Below are positions 53,265 through 64,000 of a stretch of 64,000 nt of DNA, in pieces. Origin of the DNA: Octopus vulgaris (lineage: Eukaryota); assembly GCA_951406725.2 (NCBI GenBank), contig OX597825.1, positions 87,916,001 through 87,980,000 on the forward strand. The letters run 5' to 3'. A model generated the notes under the pieces. It was not told the DNA's origin. It searched no databases and saw only the letters and a list, made by a program, of their open reading frames with translations. Both the position numbers and the translations under genes were made by a program. How positions within the stretch are numbered: the first letter of the stretch is position 1; each line of letters opens with the position of its first letter.

Positions 53265-54004
53265 ATATGTGTGTCTGTGTGTGTATGAAAGAAAATATTG
53301 ACTGGTTATAGACAATATTAATAGACACGTAATAGACATGAATTTCAATACGTGACTATACAGAACGAACTCCAACTTCTAATGTGTGTATGATGTTGTG
53401 TTGGCTTCTATGTACTTTATATGTCTCAATTACCTCAAAATAAAACAATATTTATTTAGTATATATAAACATTTTCTTAAGTATTCACTATGAAACAAAC
53501 TCCAGGCATATAACATTAAGTGAATTAATCGACGTGACAGCCGCTTGGTCACAAGTTAAAAGAAAAAATATAAAAAACTTCGCTAAAACTCGACCAAGTC
53601 CTTCAGTTAAACGCACCACTCTGGCTAAAGAAGGGCGCTCGTTGTGTGGACTTTGCGGCCTTAAGTTTTCGTATGTATGTTCGTTGAGTGTGTGTGTGTA
53701 TGTGTTAATACGTGTGTCACAGATAGAGAAACCGAATGGAACACTCTGTAGATGTGCGTGTATATAATATCTATGTATGTATGTATGTGTATATCTATCG
53801 ATATGTCTATTTGTCTGTCTGTCTGTCTCTAAATATATCTATCTGTATAGCTATCAAATAAATATAAATATATGTTTGTGTATACGTATGAATTATCACG
53901 CGCAGAAACGTCAGTATTTGTCTCTGAATAAATTTCTTTATATACATGCATCTCCCTCTCTCTCTCTCTCTCTCTCTCTCCATATCTTTCTCACTTTCTC
54001 GTTC

Positions 54005-54036
<32 letters not shown>

Positions 54037-54164
54037 GCACACACACAAACACACACATACACATATGTTTATATATTCATGCTTATACACTCACACATAT
54101 ACATATATAGATTAAATATACATATGTGCGTATATATATGCATATGTATATGTATTTATATACA

Positions 54165-54202
<38 letters not shown>

Positions 54203-54254
54203 AATATGAATGTGTGTATATATGTATATGTGCGTATATATATATAATATGTAG

Positions 54255-54289
<35 letters not shown>

Positions 54290-54291
54290 CA

Positions 54292-54327
<36 letters not shown>

Positions 54328-54530
54328 CATACATATGAAATGTGTGTGTGTGTATGTATTTACCGAAATGAACATGTATCTAGGTACTTGTACATATATC
54401 ATATATGTATATATTTTATCCCTCTATCTGACGATCTGTCTATCGATCTCTCTATTTATCTGCCTACCTTCCAATCTGTTCATTTCTTGGCGTATATACA
54501 CATGTATGTATGCATGTATATATAAATGTG
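52090..54530. repeat. Dense cluster of (TA)n/(CA)n/(CT)n microsatellites
   Basis: Direct reading. Confidence 0.95.
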
Positions 54531-55002
54531 CATGTACTTTCTTAATAAATATATATATTATTTTATATGTTTGTTGTGAAAAGAGTCGCAATGCTATATT
54601 TTTTAACCACAAGCAAAATGCACATTAGAAAACATAACATTTATATCGATGCATATTTTTCACGAGGTGGAAATCAATTCTGATCTTGTCCTGATTAAGA
54701 CGATTGATGTTTTTAAAACTAATGTTGGTCCTAATAATATTCTTAATAAGAAAACATAAGAAGCTAACTTCTTTCTCGACACAGGTCTGGGAACGATCCA
54801 AAATCGTCTGTTGAAGTCAAATAATTTTTTATCAGTATCTACTTCAATAATTTCATACACTTATAGAATATTCGAGTGTCGGCGCGCCACACTTGGTTAA
54901 TTTAGAATTTTATAAACAACATTGAGAGTAATACGACGGTGATGATGATTATGATGACACTCGATTGGGGTAGTCGATTATATCCACCCCAATGTTCAAC
55001 TG

Positions 55003-55240
55003 TGGAGGCGCGTGGCTTAGTGGTTAGTGTCAGCATGATGATCGTAAGATTGTGGTTTCGATTCCTGGACCGGGCAACGCGTTGTGTTCTTGAGCAAAAC
55101 ACTTCATTTCACGTTGCTCCAATCCACTCAGCTGGCAAAAATGAGTGACGCTGTGATGGACCGGCGTCCCGTCCAGCTGGGGAACACATTCGCCATGGAA
55201 ACCGAGCCCATGAGCCTGGCTAGGCTTTAAAAGGGCGCAA
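55003..55240 (+). mobile_element. tRNA-derived SINE family C, with a different 3' body from the 27935 copy
   Basis: A box tggcttagtgg, B box gtttcgattcc, core ccaatccactcagctggcaaaaatgagt, then gatggaccggcgtcccgtccag. Confidence 0.85.
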
Positions 55241-55512
55241 AAAAGAAGAAAAATGTTCAACTGGTATATCAGTTGAGTTGGAACGATGAGACTGAAAATT
55301 GGCACTGGTGGGATCCGAAATCAAAATACAAAGAGGAAGAAGGATTAGCGCACTGAAAGCGAACCTTTAACGATTCTGTGAGTTGATTGCTATAATAATT
55401 ATAGTAATAATAAATAATTTTAACCATAGGCACAATGTCTGAAATTGTGGAGGAGTGGGCTGGTCGATTATATCGACCCCACTCTTTAACTGTTACTTAA
55501 TATACAGTTCTA

Positions 55513-55735
55513 TATTTAAGAGATGAGGAATTATGTACATTATTTACATTATTTATATTTGACGGATATTTGTTAACACAACGTTTCGGCTGATATACCC
55601 TCCAGCTTTCATCAGGTGTCTGGGGGGAAATTTCGAACCTGGGTTATTTTTCGATGTTGTTGTTGTTGTTGTTATTCAGGTCACTGCTTCAAATCAAGCT
55701 CCGAATCTTGGGGTTAGTAACCCACGCTCTTAACC
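55513..55735 (-). mobile_element. Hammerhead-bearing tRNA-SINE (family H), copy D
   Basis: The tRNA head and body match copies A-C. An inverted head fragment follows at 55731-55784. Confidence 0.9.
55575..55620 (-). ncRNA. Minimal type I hammerhead ribozyme (best-preserved family H copy)
   Basis: gacac CTGATGA aagctg gagggtatat cagcc GAAAC GTT gtgtt: stem I gacac/gtgtt, stem II gctg/cagc, palindromic ACGT stem III and a GUU triplet. It differs from consensus by one substitution at the base of stem II. Confidence 0.75.
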
Positions 55736-55785
55736 CCAAGTTTCCGGGTTGGATTCCAGGCAGTGACATGAATAATAATAATAAA

Positions 55786-56003
55786 ATTGGTTTCAAATGT
55801 TGGCACAAGGCCAGAAATTTCGTGGTAGGGGGAAGAGTAGAATATGCCGATCCCAGTACTCAGTTGGTACTTATTTTATCGTTCCAGAGAGGATGAACGG
55901 CAAAGTCAACCTCGGTGGATTTTGAAATCAGATCGTAAAGACGGACGAAATGCCGCTAGGCACTTAGTTCAGCGTGCTGACGAGTCTGTCTGATCCCCGC
56001 CTT
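55786..56003 (-). mobile_element. SINE family M
   Basis: Reverse complement of the family tail, core and head. Another tail fragment lies at 55410-55500. Confidence 0.85.
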
Positions 56004-56699
56004 AAAAGTAATAATAATAATAATAATAATGATAACTACAGATAAAAGATGATCTTTCAGCTAGGCTGGTAACCCTCTCGATATAGTGTATCAATGAAAC
56101 ACTGTTGTTTGTGACATCTCAAATATAACTCATCATAAGATCCAAAATCCGAGTGAAGGTTTCTCAGCAGGCAAATAATCCAGTGGGCAGCAGAGTGAAC
56201 CTGCTCGTTGTCCAGACAATGCTAAAAATATTGGGGGAATATGAACTTAAAAACATCAAGGAATCATCCTACATTCCGCAAGCATCCCAAGAATGATTCT
56301 TGTGCTTTGACGAAACTTGTCACCAAAATAGCAAAATAAAATACCTCTTAACTAAATAAGTATGCACTAGTGTAATACTTGTAAAGGCCATATTACTGGG
56401 ATGCGTGGCCCATGGGCTCAAGTGTAAGAAATCTACCTTCTAGAAAACAGATGTTAACAATTTCTCAAATATTTCCCAACCCTCATACCACTTAGAATTT
56501 CCAATAGATCCTTGTCATATTTTCCCTAACAACAAAAAAACTACATCTTTCAAAAAGTTGTTAGCCTTCTCGGTATTGTCCATCTCCAGAGGAGGAATGC
56601 CTATTTCTCATTTTATTTTTCAAATGCGTCCTTCCAGAGTCACTTGTTTCTGCTTTTCTGCTTGTTTTCCTTCTCTGCTGGCAGGCCGTAATGCTTGCG

Positions 56700-59600
56700 A
56701 CTCCTCTTCAACCGCCACCGAAGGGAAATACGGATTCTGTCCGATTGGCTGAGGGCCGTGAGTGCCTGAAGACATCCCAGTTCCCTAATGCCCCTACTTA
56801 GTCTCTGTTTTAGCCAGGACTGCAGCTCCGTTAAAGAAACTAGCTGCGGAGATACGTGTCTGGCGAACAGTGATCGCACCTGTTCACCGTCAATAAAGCA
56901 CTGGAGATGCATTTCTGTGCAACATCAACCCAGGCCACCGCGCAGCGGGGTACTGAAAGCAGATCGATCACCTGACTATCGGGAAGCGTTCCTTCCACAA
57001 GAAGCGGAAGATTATACGCTCCAGCGTAATCAGACGGTGACCAGGACAAGTCACGACGGTCAAGCGATGGACGGGATATACGCGTTAGCCACCTTAGCCC
57101 GACCTTTCAGGGATAGCTTTCTCTCGTCCCAGTTTTTTATCCCTCTGGAGGTCCGGATTGAATCAGACCCTAGGCAATGTAACTGGTCCCTCCGTCCAGC
57201 GCTCAGCGACGCAGCTGGACGGTAGGACGTGCTTCTTCAGGTGCCGAGCCGGAATTCCACTGATTTTTTCTGGTTAATTGTCGCTCTTGAGACTGCCTCG
57301 TAGTCCCTGAGAGCGGTGCCGATCATTTTTAGGTGCTTAAGATCCGACATCACTACGATGACGTCGTCGGCATATGTCGACATGCATTTCCTGTGTCCTA
57401 GCTCACGCGGGATACCTCTCAACGCCTCCCATTTGTGTTGTAGTGCCTCGAGAGTCAGTACGTACAAAAAAGACGAGTAGGGGCAACTATGCCAAGCCGA
57501 GCGCATGATATTAAACGGCGCAAAAAGGTGACCTTTCACTCTGACCACTGAACAGATGGCGCTGTCCATTGCAGCCACCCAGCCCCTTAATACATGCCAA
57601 AAATAGCTGACTTGAGGACTGCCGCCAAGTGTAGATGGTCGACCCTACCGAAAGCTTTAGACTGATCTAAATTGATTAGGAACACACCCGTGCCAGGCTC
57701 AATGATGCATCGCATGAGGTGGAGGTTTTCGTAGATGGATCTTTCCGGGATGGCATATGTCTCACATACCATGTCCCCAACGACAAGCACCAACCTCGTA
57801 GCTAACACCCCGGCCAATATTTTGAACTCTACATTTAGCAAAGTTATGGGCCTAAAGTTGTCAATACAATCCCCTCATTCGGTTTTTTTTCTCAGCAACT
57901 CCACCGCTCCTCGGCTCACAAAAATGAGAATTCTCCCATTCTGTTGCCAGTTGCAGTAAACGTGTCCTTGAGGTCGCATGTAAGCGTAAATGTCGTAGAG
58001 CAGTGCATACAAAGCAGTCGATTTATCCCTTGTACAGTTATCCGTTGCTTCCCGTATTTCAAAGGCTGTTGTATTTCCTTCGCAGCGCTCCATCTCCGCC
58101 ACAGAGAGCCGCGGACGTGACCAGGCTCACCCCTACTGCGCAAATAGTTGAGCGGAGAGCCGCTGAAAGGCTGAACACATCTGACTCGGATTAGTTATCA
58201 TTTGCCGTTCGTGGTTCAGCAAGTTCAGTTCGTCGATTTATTGCCACGCCGTGCCTCTTCCACTCAGGCCCATTGAACAGCTTTCGTCCCTTCGTGTCTA
58301 AATGCTCGTGCCTTAGCTCTGACAAATCAACCTTCGTGTTTTGCGTTGAAGAATTGGTCGAGTGCCAATCTCACTGCGAGCACGTCGGTCGCGATGCCTT
58401 TTTTAAAAGCCTCGTCAAACTTCTTGACTAGCTATGTCTCTACTCTGTGTCTTTCTACTGCTTGTCGTTTGTTAAACCTTATCGATTCTATTCTAATCAC
58501 TCTTGTCAGGGCTAACCTACATTTATTGTTGATTATTGACCCCGTCAAAGCCCTCTTAACTATTTCACTAATCCGGTCACTGAAATCTTTACGCGCCGGC
58601 AACGTCATGATCAGCTCCCATTTACCGGGTCCCTGCCCATGAAGCCTATACAAGTCGACTTTACAGATCACAAATTTGTCTGTGTAGTCGACAACTTTAA
58701 ACTGTGAACGATATATGCTATTCTTATCTGCTACTCTACAGAATACCTTATCTAAATATGACCAGGATGACCCGATGCGGTTTGGCCAGATCTACACTGG
58801 CATATCCGGGAAATCCAGTCGATACCTGTCAGACAGTTGGAATCGACTGAAGTTTTGCAAGTTTTTTGCACCCACCTCTCCTATCTGCTAAACCTACACA
58901 GTCCCATCTTATATCTATAACTCAATTCCAATCACCCACTAACACTAAACAGCGGGACATTCCCAGGAAAGTTTCCAGACATCCGAAGTAATATGGTCGT
59001 CCTGCCCCTGTCGGAGCATAGACGGCAACTAGCTTGAAAGTATGTCTTTCGCTGTCTCTCAGGTCCAGGGCCACCCACTTACCTTTCGGATCCAGGAGGT
59101 TCGTTCGTATTGCAAGATCCAGATTATTCCGAACCATCATGGCGAGTCTGCCTCCTGCTCTCGGACAACATGGAGATACGTACATTTCATAGTTACCTAA
59201 AATAGGTCGGATATCTCGTGAGTCGGAAATTCTGGTTCCACTAATGGCCACCACTTCGACATTCAGCTCCCTGAAGTCGTTGAGCAGTTGACCCCTCTTT
59301 CCAAACGACCCACGTACATTCATGCTGCCTTTTCTATACACGACCATGTCGTCGGTAAAAGGTAAGGAGAGGAAAACTTGTCCATGTTTCCTGTTGGCTT
59401 GGGGTGCTTCCAACAGTAAAATACCAAGAATTCTCTTGGTCACATTCCCTCGAAAATCCCCGATTCCTGTGCTCATCCGGTTTTTAAGTGTGTGTATGTG
59501 TTTTCTGTTGTTTGAATGATTCTTCTGTGTGCAGGTAGGAAGATTGTGGCTATGAAAAGAAGGCTTTTGGTGTAATGTTTGTGTGCGTTATTATGTACTT

Positions 59601-60820
59601 CATTAATTCATTGTTTTTTGTGCTAATTGCCAAACAGTTTGTAATGTTAGTGTCTTTAATTTGTGCTTGTTCTTGCACTTGTTGTAGTGGTGGTAGCTGT
59701 TGTTGTGGTGGTGGTAGTTGTGGTTGTGGTGGTAGTTGTTGTGATTGTCGTTGTTGTGGTTGCGGGTATAGGACGGTTTGTGTCTCAGGTGTTAGTGTTG
59801 GTGGTGTCGATGCAGCGTTCGTTTTCGGTGCTTTCTTTCTTTTCTTTCTTCTTCATGTTTGGATGACGATTGTTGTTCTTTGTTCACGTGTTTGCTTTTT
59901 TCTGGCACTTTTCGGTTTTTTATAACTTCAACTCCTCGTCGCGGTCCTACTCATCGCAGTCAACTCATCACGGTCCTGAGACGTCCACATGGTCCGCAAC
60001 GGCACGTGGGGTCATCTTCAGGCGCTGAGAAGTGTTAGGGGAAACTCAGTGTCGGTATGTTTGTTGGCGGTGGCACGGGTGAATCTGCTGATGGTGCAAC
60101 TGCTGTTGTCGCTGGAGTTCTGATGTTGTTGTAGGAAGGAGAGGTGCCTGTTTCCGCTTTTTCCTTCAGTCTAAGGCAGACGGATTTTAAATGGTTAGTA
60201 GGAAAGCAAATGTGGCACTTTGCTTTCCTTCTATCTACACTGACTGGAATTATGCTGGCTCCAGAAAGAAGGACCCGGTCCGGGATGAAATTCCCATTCC
60301 TTTGTGCTGTTTGTATGAGGAGATCTATGGTCGTCCCAGACCAGTTTTCCTTTACAGTCTGATAGGACTTTCCAGTTTTCCACGATGTCTATCGCCACTG
60401 GCTATTTCTGGTGATACCTGTTGAATTATGATTTTGGCCAGTCTCTGACCGCAGTAGAAAGGAACTAACAACAACAACTCGATTTTGAGGGTCTTCAAAG
60501 AGTGATGTTTGGCGTATTTCTCGGTGCTGAATTGGATGTCCACTATTCCATAGGCCCCTCCTCTCTGTATACCTTCCTTTAAATTCCAGACGGAACCTAA
60601 GACTTTTTGTATTTGAGCCGTTGTGGTTCTTTCCACCCTCCTTAATTTTTAACCGATTATACGGTGCATCACTGTGCGGCGTATTCTATCCTGGATAGTC
60701 TCAGGTGGAGTATTTAACTTTACAGCTACTCCTTCTCTCTCGACTCGCCGTTGTTCTTGCAGTTGTTACTTGTACTTAACTCGTCTGTTGCTTCACTCAC
60801 TGGAAGTACGCCACACCTGG
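56700..60820 (-). mobile_element. Tx1/L1-clade LINE with ORF1 (CCHC knuckle) and ORF2 (APE plus RT), decayed
   Basis: ORF1 knuckle CHICFPTNHLKSVC (60217-60176). APE motifs SMNVRG, VAISGTR, VAVYAP, LVGDWN and GPGKWEL. RT motifs ITLLNVEFKILA, NLDQSKAFGRVDH and TYADDV. Confidence 0.9.
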
Positions 60821-60829
60821 AATATTCCA

Positions 60830-61600
60830 ACTGATGGCCATCCACACTTGTCATCAAATAACCAAAATGAAAAGAATGAAAAATGGCTTAGTGGAGGTAA
60901 TAAAGAAGTTCTGAAGGCCTTCTATCATACCATGTATCTCACCACAAAATAACTCTAACAGTTAAAATACATACTTAAAGTAGAGACAAAAGCACATTGA
61001 AGTAAATTCATACATAGACAGTAACAAAGTTGCCAACAACAGAAGAAACACTATGAAAAAAAAATCTAACTGAGATTGACCAAATTAAACAATCAGTAAG
61101 GGAACGGAGTTGCAGATACTTCAGAGGAAATAATTATAGACAAGCCCAGGTCTGATGACAATGCAGTAATGATTGAACGAGTCAATGTAACTGATAAGCT
61201 AAATGAAATACTCTCTGAACCAACCATAAATACCAAGGCAGATGAAAATCAAATAGATGAAGAAAGCCACACAGGATATAATTTCAGCTAATGATGTTGA
61301 TATTACAGATTTCAACCTTCTGTACTCTGCATCCACGAAGATCTCAACGATTCTATGTGATAATAAGATTAGAAAACAACATTCCCACAAAAAGCCTACT
61401 TGGCATGAGCGTATTCAACACCAAATTCAAATACTTAAGTAACCTTGAGTTTGACAAGACTATCAAACCAACATCAATCCGGAAATTAAAGGAAAAATAT
61501 ATGAAAACCATACTTGACATCGATAACCACTACAGATGCTCGTCATAAAAGCATATTTCAATTCCATCCTATCAGGGGAGACGAAAGGATGGAGACGAAG
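60830..61600 (+). mobile_element. R4/Dong-clade N-terminal fragment
   Basis: KEVLKAFYHTMY, YIDSNKVANNRRN, DITDFNLLYSAS and KKPTWHERIQHQIQIL are typical of the R4/Dong pre-RT region. Confidence 0.65.
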
Positions 61601-62089
61601 AAAGTTACATTTACGAACGTAGCTCCATAACCAAAAGTTCAGTATTTAAGAAAGATACACGATAAATATGGCGACGTACTCACCATGTAGTCATCCGCGA
61701 AGGAAAACTGGTCAAAATGGAAGTAGAGATGATGCTCTTAGTAGAAAATATTCACAAGGCCTTTCACATCTTTTACATGATGGCGGGAAGTCCAGAAAAT
61801 TAGTGATGGGGAGTAGAAAAATATGTTACGCCAGTGGGAGTTCTTGTGATCAAAAGGATTTCGGCCTTCATTTACAGAAAAATTAAGCCATCGCTATTAC
61901 CAGGACAACAGCCACATCATGTAGAGCATTTAAGGACACCTACACGAAAATCATGACACGGATAACAAAAGTGAGATAGAGCCGCCACGGATAACAATAG
62001 TGAGAAAGTGAAAAAGGAGGGTACTGAAACATACACTGAGGGCACAATAAAAACGGCATTGGAGATGCCCCGACATTCGAGCTTCTCGA

Positions 62090-63150
62090 AAATCAAAGTG
62101 AGTCATCTCCACTTGATGTGAGTGGAACGCGTGAAGGTGAGTGACCTGGGGTCATCCTTAAAGGAAGGTAACTTGCTCAAAGCTCCCAGGTCGCTTGGAA
62201 TGGAAGCAGTAGCCATCAGTGAAATGAAAACAGTTTGTCCGCATGCGCTGGCGCACATTTTACACGATTATAAGATATACTTAATTCTTGCCCAGTCAGG
62301 TTGAGGAGTTGGGATTGCAGTGCTTATCCAGAAACCCTTAGATTTCAAATTATGAGTAATCCTCTAGGATCCGGAGAGTAGATTGGTGGCAGCCTTTAGG
62401 CTCGTAGCCGTTCAAGGCATGATAGGGGCTTCAAGACTAGATATCTTTAGATGCCTAGAAACATTCGTAGTAACTTTTCTCACATATTACGAGCATTTAG
62501 GACGTACGGAACGACTATGTGGGGCCAGTGTATAGCAGAACGGCGTACAAAAACCTCAGAAAACTCTCCACAAACTACCGGTTGTCTGAGAGGTACCGAC
62601 CAGATTTCTCTAATGTGTCAATGTGGACATGAAGAAACCACAGCGGTTCATGCGGATCGTGTATTTGCTAATTATCTTGAGAGAAATTGCGTATTTTGTC
62701 TACTATCCAAAGTGGTTAGCTAGAAAACCCACAAATTTGTGATCTGCTCCGTGAATTTACATAGGATTCATTGATATGGACCCAGTTACTCGACGTTGAG
62801 CGCATCATTAGCAGCGGGTGAACTCCAACGCGCTCTGATTAGTGAAGTAGATAAGCGACAGTTGACTGACGTAGAAATCTGTCAACAATCGATTGTGGGT
62901 CACTCTGATGATATCGATTAGTATAAAATCAATAGCGTTTAGCAAAGAGCTAGCAACAGAAACAGATTAGAGAGAACCAGTTAGCAACCGAGAAGAGTGG
63001 ATTAGTAAAAGCATCATGGCCGACGTGAAAGCGACGAGAATAACCCTTGATCATTTCTTCGAAGCAAAATATGAAGGCTGCATTGTCAGAGGTAAGAGCT
63101 GTGCGCTGAAACACGAACGACCCGAACGGTCGAGACATCCAGCCATAGGA
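62090..63150 (+). mobile_element. Second, more decayed Tx1-like ORF2 (APE) fragment
   Basis: AVAISEMK, GIAVLIQKPLD, FRLVAV, DRVF, HKFVICSV and GPSY parallel the ORF2 at 58600-59330. Confidence 0.7.
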
Positions 63151-63175
63151 GACAGTGCTTGGTATTGTGTTCAGG

Positions 63176-63342
63176 GCATTCCTCTCAACACATGACTAGG
63201 ATGCCCCACCACTCCTTCTGATCATGATCGGAGATTTACATATCGTCAGCCATTTTCAATTTGATAAGATCAAGCAACTGACAAGCAAATCGATGATATT
63301 GAGTTGAATATTTGCTGTATTCCATCTTTTATACCAAGACAA
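63176..63342 (-). mobile_element. Repeat family D, partial copy 3
   Basis: cctctcaacacatg..catatcgtcagcca..caactgacaagcaaat..catcttttataccaagaca matches 4995-5166. Confidence 0.8.
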
Positions 63343-63900
63343 TTTCTCACCTTGAGAAATGCCACATGATATGCTTACATTCCAGCATCGAGAGATTCAT
63401 TGCAACTGTTCAAATCAGTGTGGTCCTCCATGATTTCATACTTATAGACAAAAGTTTCGCAGAGCATGTACCATTTTATACATTTCCTGATATTTCTTAA
63501 TCAAGCTATGTGGTAGACTATGAAAAGCTTTTTATAGACTATCCAGGTTATCGACAAGGTCTTTTGTCGTTTGTGACAATCTTCCAAGTTCATCTTATTG
63601 ATGAGTAGCTGATCTTTACAACCATAAGACCCCTCGCTTACAGCCTTTTTGCTCATTAGGGAATATTCCATATTCAATTAAAATGTTATAGGTATATTCA
63701 GTGAAGCCACTGTTCTTAAGCAGGTTATGGGTCTATAAATTTTAGTTCATTTGTGTCTTCATTTACACATTGTTGTAAATTGTGTTAGCAGTTCACGACT
63801 CTCTGGGAAGGTATTCAACCAGAAGTTAGTAGTTTTATCCTTCCCTATAGACTTCCATTTGCTTGAATTCCTTAGAGCAGATCATATACCCTCTACCTTG
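63343..63900 (-). mobile_element. R4/Dong-clade RT fragment
   Basis: YRPITCL, IFPNEQKGCKRG, YGCKDQLLINKM, WIVYKKAF(fs)HSLPHS, MKSWRTTL and CGISQGE. Confidence 0.88.
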
Positions 63901-64000
63901 ATATCCCCCCCACACACACACTTTTGCTCTTCTAAGACGTCAGTACATATTCTATCAATCCAAGGGGCCTTTTTATTGTTTGTTTTTTCTTCTGCCCAAA

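Noticed and set aside
59575-59925. Cys/Gly-rich ORF resembling metallothionein or a keratin-associated protein
   Set aside because: It is the antisense of the Thr/Gln/Pro-rich low-complexity tail of Tx1 ORF1.

Overview
This is AT-rich, microsatellite-dense eukaryotic DNA, probably intronic or intergenic. The SINE and LINE families present look like those of an octopus (cephalopod) genome, which is my inference. I found no intact host gene. Nearly all long ORFs in the track are either microsatellite artefacts or decayed retrotransposon fragments. The decayed elements are HERO, R4/Dong (3 pieces), RTE, CR1-like (2), Tx1/L1-like (4), one mariner transposase, Penelope-like ends and at least four tRNA-derived SINE families. 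The most notable signal is a tRNA-headed SINE present in 4 copies. Its consensus contains a complete minimal type I hammerhead ribozyme of the Penelope pLTR type, and 2 of the 4 copies show Penelope-style fold-back inversions, so it is a candidate Penelope-mobilised ribozyme SINE. At least five other hammerhead-like motifs with variant cores sit in or next to (TA)n tracts. One SINE subfamily appears to share its 3' tail with a Tx1-like LINE. All calls were made by eye, with no database searches, and boundaries are approximate.
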